From assembly GCF_009914755.1 (NCBI RefSeq), contig NC_060929.1: DNA of 64,000 nt. The stretch is one strand, 5' to 3'. The position numbers were made by a program, and so were the translations under genes. How positions within the stretch are numbered: the first letter of the stretch is position 1; each line of letters opens with the position of its first letter. Source of the stretch: the human T2T-CHM13v2.0 reference genome, Homo sapiens. The notes under the pieces were generated by a model. The model was not told the origin of the DNA. It saw only the letters and a list, made by a program, of their open reading frames with translations, and searched no databases. Below are positions 1-16,288 of this stretch, one piece after another.

Positions 1-606
1 TGTCCTCTTTTCTTGGCCACCACATGTTGAAGCTTTTAAGATATGAGAAGACATGCAAAGTCCAGCCTCAAAATGTTGGTTTCCTTTCCCTTATTTCATT
101 GTATCCATTTTCTTTCCTTGCTTGGATCAGAATTTTAGAACACAGATATTCCTGGGGATCCTCCAGTTCAACACCCTCATTTGTAGAAGAAGAAGCCCTG
201 TCCTGGAGCTAATGATATACTAATAGCTAACATGAAAGGAACACTTAGTGAATGTCACACACTGTGCTGATTTATGAGTATTATCTCATTTAATCCCATA
301 ACCTCATCAAGTAGGCATCCATATTCTCATTTTACAGAGAAGTAAATTAATAACTTGGTTAGGGTCATGTGATTAGTAAGCAGCAGAGCTGTACCTCTAT
401 AAATCGGCTTCTTCTGAACTACCACATTGCTGTCTTAATGCTAGGCTTTGAGGGCGACGTGAGTTTACTGCCTAGCTTTATTCCTTCAGGTTTATGTTAG
501 AAATCATGTCCCTATCCCCTAGTTGGGAGAGCTATGCCCTTCAATTTTACCTTGTTTGAGATGGAGAAGGTTAAATCCTGAATCCTTGCCTCTCTCATAC
601 CTACAG

Positions 607-793
607 GTCACAGCAAACCGAGATCCCAGCTCACCAGCAAACAGATGAGTTGTATCCCACTGGTGGGTGTGGAGAGAGTGAAGAGGAAACTAAAGCTAAA
701 GAGAAGGAGAAGGCCATAGACTGTATGTCTCATCCCAAAGAGAAATTAGCCCAATCCCAGAAGAAAGTAGCTCAGCTGATTAAGGAAAAAATG
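607..793 (+). CDS. TTC23L: TTC23L internal coding exon (first in window)
   Basis: ctacag| acceptor, ATG|gtaaaa donor; 187 nt; reads [20 protein letters not shown]...VAQLIKEKM. The start codon lies upstream of the window. Confidence 0.93.
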
Positions 794-1034
794 GTAAAAC
801 AAAAAACTCACTAAAATTTTGTTTCCATTTAAAAATATGTTCCTGTTTAGAGAAGCTTTGCCTTCGATGCAGATTGAAGCATATGAAATAGAGGAAGGTG
901 TCATATTTCTTTGTAAGTAGCAGAAAACAAAGCAGAGCCTACTTAGGTAGCCAGCCCACCTTCTGGTTCCATGCATGGTTCATTGTCTGTTCCTCCTTGG
1001 GGCATTTCTGGTCCTAGCTTTAAACTAAAAATTA

Positions 1035-1322
1035 GGCCAGGTGCAGTGGCTCATGCGTGTAATCCCAACACCTTGGAAAACCGAGGCGGGAGGATCTCTT
1101 GAGGCCAGCGTGAGTAACATAGTGAGACCCTGTCTCTACAAAAAAAATTAAAAATCAGCCAGGCATGGTGGAGGGAGCCTGTAGTCCCATCTACTTGGGA
1201 AGCTGAGACAGGATAGCAGCTTGTGCCCAGGAAATTGAGGCCACAGGGAGCCCGTGATTGTGCAACTGCACTCCAGCCTGGGTAACAGAATGAGACTGTG
1301 TCTCTAAGAAAATAAAGTAAAA
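1035..1322 (+). mobile_element. Alu (J-like)
   Basis: Diverged dimeric Alu with degraded A tail and ctaaaaatta flanking repeat. Confidence 0.9.
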
Positions 1323-1375
1323 ATTTGAAAAACCTAAAAATTATCATTTGATTGTTTTTGTTGCTGTTACCTTTA

Positions 1376-1867
<492 letters not shown>

Positions 1868-3509
1868 CTATCTCTTAGGTAACAAAAAGGCTGGGATAGT
1901 AAGGCAGGAGGTTGAGAACAGGTAGGCAGGCAGGTCTAAGCTCTGGCCTGGAAAGGATATGGGTAAGATGCCCTTGGTTACAGTGGAATCATAAACAAAC
2001 CAAAGGGCCAGAAACAGAAGGTAGCAGTGGAGGTCAAAGATTCCAAATATGCATTTCTAAGAGCAAGTCAAAGACTTGAGTCAAAGATCTCAGAGCAGGT
2101 TTGTAAGCATGAGTATTCAAAATCCAGGAGACTGAGACAGCAAGACGTCGACTCTCATTATTAGAACACAGGCACCAGCCTGCTTCCAGAGCATGATTTA
2201 TCAACAGAAGAGCTTGTACCTTGACTTCCTGGCTCCTCCTAGCCAAGGGGAAAAAAGTAATCTAGAGAGGTTTCATTTTCTATCATTTGCCTCTGAAGTA
2301 TCTCTCTAGATGGATATTTGTAAATTTATCTCTGTAAATGACCCAAGGACCTTGCAAAGGACAGTCATCCTGGCCTGGACCCATTAGTGATTCACAAATC
2401 CAGGCTAGAAGGATCATTTCTAAAAACACACAAGTACCATCTGCCATGGAGTGTAAGTGGGGGTTTTCAAGGCTTAAAAACTCCTTGGCCAGATTGGATA
2501 ATGACAAAGATTTAGATCTTAGGAGAGAAATCTGACTCAAATCCCAAGCTCATCAAATTGTATAAAGTGAACAGGTGCAGTTCTTTGTATATCAGTTATA
2601 GCTCAATAACGCTGTTTTTTTTTTTTTTTTAAATCAAACCCAACCTAGTACTCCTAGCCCTGAAGGGCAGGGGATGCCACATCAGCAGCAGAAGTGCTGG
2701 GATGACATCTGGAGCCCGTATTGGTTGTCCCGGTTTCTCCAAGTCAAGGAGTTCGAGGATGAATATACAATGTCCAGAGCCAAAGCTTTGGTCTCCCATT
2801 CCAGTGATTTTTTCATGGCATGATGCTTCTTCCTCGAAAGAGAACTTAGTATTTGCTGTGGTCAGCCCATGGTGAACTCTAAAAAATGCTGACTAAATGG
2901 ATGTTTTGGAAGCATCAGGGGAAGTTTCCTTCTACCATTGCTTGCTTCTGTATATTTGAGCAGGGGGCAGGTAAAACATGAAGTTGGGTAGGAGATAGGA
3001 ATCAGTAAGGAGTGTATTCCTTGGAATAACCTATGGTACTGCTGTATCTTATCTAACATTACTCTTTAAATGGGTTACTTTGGTTACCTGTACATTATTC
3101 TTCAAACGGGTTACACTTAGATCTGACCTAACAACACTGAATCATTTGGACACTATTTTTTTTTCCTTACAGTAACTCCATGAGGTAGATGGTACAGGTT
3201 TCCAAATCTCAGAAAAGGAAGCTGAGATCAAAGTGGCCTGCCCCAAAGCAACACAATCAGTAAACAAACATTAGAACCAGGGCTGAAACTTTAGGTTTTT
3301 GGTTCCTTGAAGTGCTATTTTCACTTAACCAGGAAAAAAATGCCTGACCCTATCGACTCGTTCAGCCAATAATGGCTGTGTTTGTAAAGTCACTGAAATA
3401 TATGACTTGAAGATACAGTTCGGTGATTTCTTAGAGAGCTCTACCTGTCATTTCTATAGGGGTAGAGGATTATTTTCCCCAACCCATCTTTAACCTTGCT
3501 AATAAATGA

Positions 3510-4060
3510 TTCATTCAGCAAATATCGAATGTGTTACACCTGTGTGTACTGGGCAGATAACAGCGAACATGAGGAATAAACTTCTGTCCTCAAGGGACTT
3601 ATCTTCTATTTGGGGAGATAATAGACAAACAATAGTAATAGCTAATAAAATATTAGATAGAAGTAAGTACTATGAAGAAAAAGTAAAATAGGTAGTGGGA
3701 TATTGAGTGATGAAGTGGTGTCTATTTTAGATAAGGTGGCCAAAAAAGGCCTGTTGATAAGAAAAGTGAAAATGAAATGAGAAAGTGAATGACATGGAAG
3801 AGTGTCCCAAGCAGTGGGAGCAGCAGGTGCACAGCCCTACATTGGAAGTTAGTTGGTGATGTTCAGGAACCGCTGGTCAGTGTAGTTCTAGCAGACAGAG
3901 TAGGAGGAAAGGGTGGTAGAAAATGAAGTCCAGAGGTGATTGGCATTGGGTCAGATTATGCAGAGCCTTGGAAGCCATGGTGAGGACTTTGAATTATATT
4001 AAGAAGAAAAAGCGGGAAGCTGTTGGAGGATTTTGAACAGGAAAGTCATGATCTAATTTA
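3510..4060 (-). mobile_element. L2 fragment
   Basis: Starts tcattcagcaaatat.. (L2 3' end, antisense) with a purine-rich L2 body; appears to resume near 4990-5230. Confidence 0.65.
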
Positions 4061-5316
4061 TATCTTAAGATATAAACACATAAAATACGTTTTAAAATCC
4101 ATAAGTTTCTAATAATAATAACAAGCTATTTGATCACAATTAGAGGATGCTAGTGAACAATTCATTTTTCTGAAAGCTAGTAAAGGGCAAGAATAAACCA
4201 TGTGTCCTGCCTTTCCAACATGAACTGTACTATTGGGTAACCAAAGAGTGGAGGAGGAGAAATTCTCCTTACAGAATTATTCCAGCTAATGTATGAAGAA
4301 GGAATGATAGAATTAGTATATTTGCATTTTATAATCTTTTGTTAATTTTCCATGTAGTTTTCCTAATATCAGAGAAAAAAAAGAAAAAACAACCAGATAG
4401 TAGATGTATTCTGCTGGAAGAACATACCAGTAGCCATGAAGTCGTTTTGTAAAAAAAAGAATTCAAAGCTGAAATTAACCAAACTTCTAAACCCAACTAC
4501 TAATATAAAGGCAGAACAGAGAATGGAGGGACATGATGAGACACCATGAGGACGCAGTCATCAAAATTTATGTCTGTGGGAAATACTAGACCAAATGACT
4601 CAGCTTTTTCAAATAATTCGTAAGAAAAAGAACTAGAGATGGAAAAGTAACCTATAGATGAAAAGAGACTGATCTCACAGTGTGGACAGTCAAACAAATT
4701 ATTTAAAAAATTCCATTTCTGTGATTAGATAAGGAATTATTGTTAATATTTTGGTGAGATAATGATTTTGTGGTATGTTTCTAAGTCCATATCTTTTAGA
4801 GGTATTTACGAAATGTTTACAGAGGCAACAATGGAATGTCTGATTTGCTTCAATTTAAGGTGAGGATGGGTGGATGAGGGGTCTAGATATGAAACAAGAT
4901 TGGCCAGGAGTAGATCACTGATCACGCTACATATTCATTTTTCATGCTGTCTGTTTTGTATATTAATAAAGTTTTTCATGATAAAAGGTTAAAAGAAGTC
5001 ACTCTGGCTATTATGTAGAAAGTAGACTGTGAGGGCCAGAGAGGAAGCAATTGGAAGGGGCTGCTGTGGCCAGCCAGGTCAAAGGTGAGGGTGGCCTGGA
5101 CTAGGTACTCATGGCAGAAATGAGGAGAAGAGCTTGGTTTTAGGATTTAGGGGGAATGTGGATCCAACCAGACCTGATGGATTAGACACAGGATGAGAAG
5201 GAAAGAGAAGAGAAAAAAGATGACAGGTGAATTCAGTCCTGTGTTCCAGTGATAAGTCCATGGGGTAGAGACTTCTCTTCCTTTCCAAAAAGTATAATCA
5301 CTTCTGTACTCTACAG

Positions 5317-5440
5317 AATACTCAAGCAAACAAGGAGCTGATTCGATGTGTCATCCTTTCTCGGATTATTTTTGGGGACCATCACTGGAAATGTGCACGA
5401 GCTCTGGCCAACCTAGCTTATGGCTACTTGACACTGAGAG
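5317..5440 (+). CDS. TTC23L: TTC23L coding exon
   Basis: ctacag| acceptor, G|gtactt donor; 124 nt, phase 0-1; [41 protein letters not shown], in frame with both neighbours. Confidence 0.93.
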
Positions 5441-7169
5441 GTACTTGGTTTTCCCAGCTGGGTTTGGGTGGCCAGCCTCTGAAGGCTGAACTGACCCACA
5501 CAACCTCAGTGAGGATGGGCATGACTAGGAGGGCCCCTTCTTGCCCCTAGCTCACACATTATCAGGAAGGAAAGTCCATGGATGAGGGAGACAGTGTGGC
5601 AAGGATCTAAGTAATAAAGATAATAATGATGATGACAGTTATTGAGTATTTAGCATGTGCCAAACTGGTCTCATTAGTCCTCACAATATTCCTTGGAGGG
5701 AGATACTATTAGTAACCTCAGTTTATGGATGAGGACACTGGAGCACAGTGGGCAAAGGGCAGTATCAGGGGTTCCAGCCGGAGGACAGTAGGGGAAGGAC
5801 AGGCAGGGATGTACACTCAGCATCAGGGAGGCAGACCCAATAATGGGACTTGAATTCCAAAGGTAGAACTCAAGTTCCTGGAAGGTTTGGCTTAGTGAAA
5901 GGTAGGACCCTCATCCTAGAGAAATGGTACTTCTGGAAGGTACTCTAGTATAAGAGAATAAGACAAGAATCTATTTGCTAAAACTGAACCCAAGTGAAAG
6001 TTCCTTGAGAGTAGAAAGTTTGTAGTACAGGCTGAATAAATATTGGGTGATACACTGAGGCGAGAGCGCATTTCAGGAACCAGGGACATAGCCAGCTCAA
6101 GACTCTCTGTTCCTTGACCAGCCATGTCCCCCTGTGTGGTCTGCATACATTTTCACCGTGGAACTCATTGTACTGTGCTCATATATGCTTTAAATGCTTC
6201 TTCCTCTGACATAGAAGCTCCCTCAGGGCGGGACTGGTCTCATTTGATCTAGAACAGTCCTTTGTACACAATATGGTTTGGCATATTACTGCTTATGAAC
6301 TGAGCCACTGGCCTAGGGGTTGTTCAAGTACCTCTGGGACCTCAGTCTGAAGGGGGGCCTAACTTGTAATACAAATTAAATGCTTTATGGGCTTAAGTGA
6401 TTTGAAGGCTACAGGAAAAGGGAAGCAATATATTTGGGCCATAATGAGGCTGGATATCAGCAAAGCTTTTGAAAAAATTAAAATTGAGTTCACTTCTCAG
6501 TTATTGATCTCAGAATATATTCTCCTTCTTAGGGCTCTATAGGCCCTTTTACACCCATTTATTTTTAATGCAACTTTAGATTCATTTATTGATGTGGCAA
6601 GATCACAGGTAGCTGAGATCACAGCATTAGGACAGTGATGCTGTGGGTCACAGTGGGGGCACAGCGAGGCCCTTTTATGCTTTAAGAACACGTGTTGTGT
6701 TCTGAAAGAAGGTGCTATGGCTAGGGAGAGGAGAATGTCCTTATGTACTGGCAGAGCAGGCAGCCACCTCTATGAAATTTCAGAGTGACCAGGAAGGATC
6801 TTCCCCTAGTGGCGTTCCGTGCTTCCTTACTTGGAATCTCTCTATTCCCATCAGACTGATTTTCTCAAAAACTTACTGCCTTCATGATAAGAGTCAAATT
6901 TAGGGATTTACTCCTTCAGTACTTATGGAGTTCTTGTTATAAGCCTGGTGGCACTTGCAGTCAGTGCTGGGGATACATAAATGAATATTGGTGGTCCCTA
7001 TGCTCTAGGAGCACACAGGGGTCTTATGATAGGTACCATTCTAGAGGTAGGAACAAAATTCTGGGGAGGCAGTTCAGTGGTATTGCCATTGAGGAAAGTC
7101 AGGGAAGGCTGCCGAGAGAAAGTGATATTTGTCCTGTCTTTGAAGAATGAGAATAGGTTTATCAAGTAG

Positions 7170-7315
7170 ATTTTTTTACTTTTTATATTTTTATTTTTGT
7201 AGAGATAAGGTCTTTCTACGTTGCCCAGGCCGATCTCAAATTCCTGGCCTCAAGTGATCCTCCCACCTCAGCCTCCCAAAGTGCTGGGATTACAGGCGTG
7301 AGCCATGGCACCTGG
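7170..7315 (-). mobile_element. Alu monomer (FLAM-like)
   Basis: Single left-arm Alu, antisense. Confidence 0.85.
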
Positions 7316-7875
7316 CCCCCAAGTAGATTTTGAGGGGAGAAGTAGAGAGTACAAAGTTGGTCCTTTATATATGTTGATCTAAGGCATAGGAAGTGAGAGG
7401 AGGGCACTCTGTATAAAACTCGTTACACAGAATATTGTAGCTTCTCTGTAGACCCAGGGGGTTAAGGTAGGACGGAAGACACCTTAGGACAGACAGCTCA
7501 TGTTTGGAAATGGGACTGAAAAGGTAATTTGGGCCCAGATATCAGGGAGTGTGGAGAGTTATTAAAAGGTTTGAAGTGAGGTGGTAATAATCAAGCTTGT
7601 GTTATAAAAATGAGAGACTCCAGGATGGGTTGGACTGGGTAGAGAAAGAAGAGGCAAAGACCAGTTAGGCCGTTATCCTGCCCAGATGAGAGTCGATGAG
7701 GGCATTGGGTATGGCAGTTGGAATGAAGAAAGATAACCTAAAATGTAGAATGGGTGACATTTAGTGCCCCATTCAGTATGGAGTGGGAAGGACAGGGAAG
7801 AATTGAAGTTGAAGTAGGCATGACCTGGACAATTAGCTTAAATCGAGAATGAAAGGGAAAGACCAAGTGGTGGGG

Positions 7876-8237
7876 TGTATTAGTCTGTTTTCATGCTGCT
7901 AATAAAGACATACCCAAGACTGGGTAATTTATAAAGAAAAAGAGGTTTATGGATTCACAGTTTCATGTGGCTTGTGAGGCCTCACAATCATGATGGAAGG
8001 CCAAGGAGGAGCAAAGGCACATCTAACGTGGCGGCTGGCAAGAGATCATGCAGAGGAACTGCCGTTTATAAAACCATCAGATCTCATGAGATGTATTCAC
8101 TATCACCAGAACAGCATGGGAAAACCCTGCCCCTGTGATTGAATTACCTCCCACTGGGACCCTCCCATGACACGTGGGGATTATGGGAGCCACAATTCCT
8201 GGTGAGATTTGGGTGAGGACACAACTAAACCATATCA
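7876..8237 (-). mobile_element. THE1-family MaLR solo LTR
   Basis: tgtattagtctgttttcatgctgctaataaagacatacccaagactggg...aaaccatatca; 5-bp TSD tgggg/tggag. Confidence 0.9.
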
Positions 8238-8306
8238 TGGAGGAAGGGGGAAGAAGCTACTGAGTTTGGTTTCTGAAAGCAGGTCTAGAGCTCAGGAAAG
8301 ATGTTA

Positions 8307-8720
<414 letters not shown>

Positions 8721-9869
8721 TTAAGAATGGGTAGGGTAAAGGGGGGCCAGCAAAGAAAATAGAAGACTCAGGAGGACCCGTGTCATCAAAGCCAAGGGAG
8801 GAGAGAGGGTTTTGAAAAGAAGTACAACAGTGGTTTCAACAGTTCAGATGGTAGAGGAAGGTCAAATAAGGTAATGGCTGAGGAGAGACCCATGGATTTG
8901 GCGGTTGGTAGGTCATTGCAACTTGGTTTGGTAGAGACAAGTACACTCCTTGGGCCCTGGGAGAGCCCAGATTCACAGAGACTAGCTAAGGGTCTTTCAC
9001 TGGAATTCAAACTTGAGGTGATGAACTTGAACTGAAGAGGAAGGCATTTGAGAGGGAGATTTCTCTGAAACTAGGCAAGGCCAGATGCTGCCCTCTCTGT
9101 CTTGCCTTGAAGATGACTAGGGTAGGTCTAGAAGGAGGTTGGCCTAGATCTTCTGAAATCAATCCCTTCCATAATGAGCCACAAACTGCCTTTGAGTTTT
9201 ACTTTTCCAATTAGATTCCAAGTTAAGTCAAGATAAGTGAACAGGTTATACCACAAAACATGGTGATAAATCCTTTTCTCCCTAACTGACAGTTTTTCCT
9301 GCTGCATGAATAGAGAACTACGTTGGGGCAATAAGTTGGAGGAGACACAAGTTTTCCTGTACGAGAGACTTTTTTGTTTGTTTTTCCTAGATGGGAAAGG
9401 CAGCTTGCTGGTCAGATGAAGTGTCCACATGGTATAGTGGAGCCTAGACTTGAACCCAGATTTTCTGATACCAGCCTAGATTTTTTTTTAGAATAGGTTG
9501 TGACTGTAAGCTTTCTTTGAGAATAGCCCAGTGCCTCTTTGCTTTCTTCACTTAAGCTTTTATTTCAGTTTCTTCACTTCAGCTTTTTTAGTGTCTGGTC
9601 CATGGAATAAGTAAGGCTTTGAAAAATGGCAGATCTTCAAGAGAGATGAAGTGCTTGCTCAGCTCCACTCAGTGTTGTTGTCATTCATCCTCTAACTGCT
9701 TTAAAGTGGACAGAATATATAAGCTGGCCTCCTGTGTAGGCGGATGTGTGTGTCTGTGTGCGTTCATGCCTCACTGCACCCATTCATGTTTTATAGTCAT
9801 CAGCCCTGCTTTGCTCATTTCACTTTGAGCCTTTTCCAGCAGCCAAAAGGCTAATTTCTCTCAATAAAC

Positions 9870-10520
9870 AGTCATTCAGTGAGTAGTGAGAAACTTGTAT
9901 ATGTGAAATGCCATGATGAACACTTTGGGAAATGTAACATAAAGAAGCCCTCAAAGGTTTTACAACTTAGTGTGGAAGGTGAACTACCTGGGGACATAAC
10001 TATGAGGGAAGGCAGTGTAAGGTAAATGCCATGTAATTGATTTAAATAATGGGCTTCGGGAAGGTTGAGTGAAATCATTTCTGGCAGAGATGATAGATTC
10101 AAGGGGGAGGTGGATTCAAGGGTTGTAAAGAAGGAGTAGGGTTTGGGTAGGTGGAAGAAGGGGTGGGCATTTCTGATGAAGAGGAAGGTGTGGGCCAAGG
10201 CATAAGGAAGGAAAGTGCCACGTCTGTGGAGACAGCAGTAAGCAGCCTTGTCTGGCTAAGGTTAGGACTGGTAAGATGAACCTGGAAAGGAGAAGGGTAC
10301 ATTGGGCAGGCCATGGTGTGGTTTTAAATACAGGCTAAGGAATTTGTAATTTATTTGATAGGCAAAGAGCACTAGTGGAGATTTTCCAGCAGGATGATAA
10401 AAATATCAAAGTGTACTTTTGGCAGGGTTAATCTAGCAGTGATGGAATGGAAGCCATCTCAGTCATCTAGGTCTAAAACTAGGCTGCCAGAGAGAATGGG
10501 TGAGAAGGTAAGGATTCAAG
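9870..10520 (-). mobile_element. L2 fragment
   Basis: Diverged L2 motifs (caggctaaggaattt, ttttggcagggttaatctagcag). Confidence 0.55.
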
Positions 10521-11230
10521 AGTCTACGAACGACAGATACACTTATTTTTAAACCAGAAACCCACTTCTGGGAATCTTTCCTAAATACACACTGATAACA
10601 TGGACAAGATTATTCTTTGCAGCATCATTCATGATAGGAAAAGATTGGAAACAAGCAAGTATCCATCAATAGGAAACTAGTACATACACACAGTGGGATA
10701 TATGGAGTTTTAAAAAGAACATGAGGAATCTCTATATCCTTCTAGGGAAAGATCTCTTTAGGGAAAAGAGAATGCACAATGCAGTATGGTGTTTATAATA
10801 CGCCTCTTTTTGTGTAAGAGGGAGTAAGAAATGAGAATGTAGGCTTATTTTTATATAAAAAACACCAAAGGGTACACAAGAATGAAACAAAAAAAGTTAC
10901 TTAGAGGGTGGTTGGGGACAAAGGGAACAAGATTGGAAGTGAGACCTCTCAGTGTTTACTTTTTCTTATAATTTTTAACTTTTCAACGATAGAAATGTGT
11001 TACCTATTCAAAAATGATTATTAAAAGACAGAGACCATTAAGAAGGAGTAGGCAGGACATGGTGTTCGATTTGGGGTTGAGTGACAGTGAGGCCCAAAGA
11101 TGACCATGATGTTTTGGGCCCCTGAAATTGCCATTTTCAGAGAGAAGTAGGTCAGAAAGGAAGTGGACTGGGAGAGGAATGCTGAGTCCAGTTTTTGATG
11201 TATAGATTTTGAATTGCAATAGAGAATCCA

Positions 11231-11477
11231 CAAGTTGAGAATCGCTAATCTGAAAATCTGAAATCCAAAATGTTCCAAAATCTAAAACTTTTTGAATGCT
11301 GATGTGACGCTTAAAGGAAATGCTCACTGGAACATTTTGGATTTCAGATTTTCAGATTTCAGAGATGTTCAACTGGTTATCTGCAAATAATCCAAAAACC
11401 TCCCCCCATCCAGAACAAAATCTGAAATCTGAAACACTTCTGGTCCCAAGCATTTTGGATAAGGGATACTCAACCTG
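11231..11477. mobile_element. Tigger4a/MER46-type DNA transposon
   Basis: TIRs caagttgag..ctcaacctg and repeated aaatctg/cagattt internal inverted motifs. Confidence 0.85.
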
Positions 11478-14465
11478 TAATACATTTTCACTTGTGCTGG
11501 AAATTTGGGACCAGAACTTGGGAGGAGAGAAGGAAAGGCATAAGCATGGAGGAATGTTTGAGACCAGAACTAAAGAGGGGAAATGGTAAATTATAAGCAT
11601 GGAAGCCAAGGTTGAAGTAATAGGAGTTGATAAAACTTCCAAGAGGGAAAGAGAGAAGTGGAAGAAACAGAAAGATTTGGAAAATGGACACATTAATGGT
11701 AGAGAACAAAGGACCTTGATAAAAAGTTAGCAAAGAGTCAATTACAGAAGGTTTATAAAGGAGAAGCAGGTTGGTGCAGTGCCTTGGGAGCCCAACAGGT
11801 AAGGGTATCTGATGCTGCAGTGAAATGCGGACTGAAAAACTGCAGTTGGATTCATTTATTAGGATGTTTTTGAGGGGACCTCAGAAGAACAGTTTCCCCA
11901 TAGTGGTTGGAGGAGAAGCCAGATCCCAGGGATGAAGGGAAGCAATAGGGACCGGAGGCTAGTGAAGATGATTTTACAAGAGAAGGAGATGCAGGAAGAT
12001 TTTAGGCAAAGAGGAAGGAGCCAGTTAGAAGAGAGGGTTTAAAGATGTTTTTAATGGAGTAATTGATGGAATGGGATTCACAAGAGAATGTGAGGCTTTT
12101 GCAAAGCAGAGTGTATAAAAGTTGGTTCGCTTGTTAAACAGAACAAGTGACACTAGAAGTGGACCTCTATGGCCCACTGCCCTGGTGATGATCCTAATGA
12201 GCCTAGTGATCCAGCAGCTGAGAAAGGGCAGTCGGAGATCACCATGGTAGTTTGGTAACTAGTGGTGAACTGTTTTCAAGTGTTCAGGAAGGAAAATATG
12301 GTAACGTGGACAAGCAGTTTTCTGAAATTCTGCTTATTAATGAAACAGTACTTTAGTCAGCCTGTTATTACTGGGAATCTTCCAGGTATTGGGGCTCTGT
12401 TACAAATGTTGCAAAATCCAGAAAAAGAAGCCTAAGTCATGCTTTCTTTGTCTAGTTGGTTAAAACAAAGACACAAAAACTGGTACAGAAACAACAGGGA
12501 ATGATAAAAACCGGGTAATCTGACCCACAAGAAGCCTGATACCTACCTGAAGTGAGTCTGCATTTGAGAATGCAAGCCTTTTACAAAGATTCTGTAAACA
12601 GTGCTATGAAAAATGTTGAAAATAAGTACAAATATAGTAAATTACTCAATAAGAGAAATGGACCTTGGTAATAATAATAATAATGGCTAATATATCTTCA
12701 AACTCACTTCATTCAGGTACTATTTAATCCTTTTTTTATATTAAATTAATCCTTGCGACAACTCTACAGGATATATTTTCATTACCATTTTGTAGGTGAA
12801 TAAACAGGCACAGATAAAGTAACTTTTTCAAGTCATAAGGATGTTCAAGTCATAATGACTAAACAAGGATTTATACCTGGAAAGTCTGGCTCTAGACCCT
12901 GCTCTTTTAATTACCGTGCCACAGTAACTGCTTAAATATAGATGCTGATCAAAGGTGACTGCTTTCTGGTGACAATAACAACCTCCAAAGATTGGGTAGC
13001 TCTGAGCAGATTTCTCTGGCCTGAGTCAGTGTAGCAGAATCGATGATAGAATCCCAACCCAAACTAAAGCAAAATGATTGATATGTTTGTTGGACAATCT
13101 TTGGACTCATTTTGCCATCTCATCAATATTTCCTTGTAATTTCTGAATCTTGGGCTCCAGAAGCAGGCCTTGCTGCCCCTCTGCCTTGTACCTTGAAAAC
13201 TGCTGCACTGTCAGTGCAGGTAGAAGGGTGGTATCCTTGGCTTGGGAGGGCAGATACAGAAAAGTAACTTGATCTATGAAGCATCCTTCATAGATATATA
13301 CAATAATAAATCTTATATACAGAGAGTTTTTACATGAAAGAGGACGTACTTAGACTTAGTAAATGTAAATTCATTTCAAAGTGTTGCTGATACTGAATTC
13401 GTAGTACTTTTGTCATTATGAATTTTTTCAAGTAGTATGTGCTATGAAAATAATTATCACAAGTGGAGGAAGCCTTGTGGTTTTTTTAAAATATAAAAAG
13501 AGCTCTTTCATATTTGAAAAGGTTGGAAAACATTTGTCTAGGCCAGTGGTCTCCAAACTCAAGAGACAGCTCCCTTATCCCTAAAAGAAACTTAAGCAAA
13601 CAATCAATTACTTTTTATACATGTATTTTAAATAGATTGTGTACAACAGTATTGATGTGTTATGTAATATTATAAATAGTAATAAAAATAGAAAAAGGCT
13701 TCAGATAAAAAAAAAAATAGAGAAGTTTTGATTTCCCCCTCACACTCTTACGGCATCTTGCATACCTGTAGAGTTCATGCACTCCACTTTGGAGATCAGA
13801 GAGGATTCTGGGAAGGTGAAAGAAGTTTTTTCCCTTTAGGGCTTAAAATATAATAAATTGTTTTAAATCAAGATCCTTGTTCAGTTTGCTTAAGCCCCTT
13901 GTGGCTCAGCTTTTCCATCAGAAGGCCCAAAATGTGGGGCCTAGTCGTGTGAAAGCAAGGAACTCTATGATTGATTAGCTGCTGAGCAGAGAGGAAAAGT
14001 ATTCCTCCTGGGAATTGCACAACCAGCATGGGATATTTTGCAGGGAGGGTGCAGGCTTTCAAAAGCCTCAGGGACTGCCTCAGAACAACTTTCTTGAGTG
14101 GTAGTTGTTTTATTTGACATTCACAAGCCCAGAAGGAGTGTCCGCTCATTTGGGGTGGTTTTTAGTAGCTCCTGCAGTTTCACCTTTCTTCTTCCTAAGG
14201 ACCCAGGGAACTGTCTGAATTTGGTTTTTATAGTCCTTAATGACACACTCCTAACGGCCCACCTACTTGTGGAAAATGACCTGCTTGATCAAAACACTTT
14301 CTCAGTTTTCTACTTTGTTTTCTTGGTTTAAAGTAGCCATCTCGGCTTCCAGTATCCGAAGCAGAGTTTTCTGTGACCTAACTAGTGATGCTGCCTTCTT
14401 CCTCCAGACCTGTGAAGACTCCCTGTTACATAACAGATCTAATTCCCCCTCCTCATCTGGGCATC

Positions 14466-15168
<703 letters not shown>

Positions 15169-15910
15169 CTGCTTATACGTTTTTCAATTCAGAGTTTCCC
15201 TTCAGTCATCTTTCTACCTTCCCTAACCATCCTGTATCCACCCAACCTCATCCCCCAGTGCAGCACACATACATACACACACTTGCTTGTTCTGTCTTCA
15301 AGGCCTCAAGCTATTTAATCCAAGGGGAAATCCCTCCTTGTATCAGTCAAAATCCTATCCACTCTTGAAAAACAAGATGAGTCCTACTTCTTCGATAAAG
15401 ATTTTACTAACTATGTATTTCTCCAAGTGTGGTCCTCAGACAACCTTGCATTATTACCAAGATTAGTTCTTACAAATGGGAATCCTTGGTTACCACCTGA
15501 AACATGGTTGCTTGTTTTAAATGTGTATTCTTGGTTCTTATTCCAGAACTTGTGAGCTGTAACTACTGGAAGTGTGGGACAGGAATCTGCATTTTAATAG
15601 GGTGCTTATAATGCACAGTGCAATTTGAAGGCCACCCTTAACTTAGGACACAGCCCTCTCCAGAGTCCATTTTTCTCTTTAGTTGAAACCTATGGAACAG
15701 ATATTTCTGAGTATTCTGCAGAGACTTCTTGTCTCTGGATCACTTTTATTTATTTTTATTTTTGCAGTTTTTAATGAAAGGTGTATATAGGGATACTTTC
15801 CCCCTACATCTTCTCGAATGTTTCTTCCTCATATCTACTATTTTTCTTTCCTACTAGGTGAGATTTGGCTTTCTGCTCAAGGATCTTTTTCTGTTCTTTT
15901 CCAGTTTTAG

Positions 15911-16288
<378 letters not shown>

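Noticed and set aside
11231-11375. long hairpin resembling a pre-miRNA
   Set aside because: Explained by the internal inverted repeat of Tigger4a; no evidence of processing from sequence alone.
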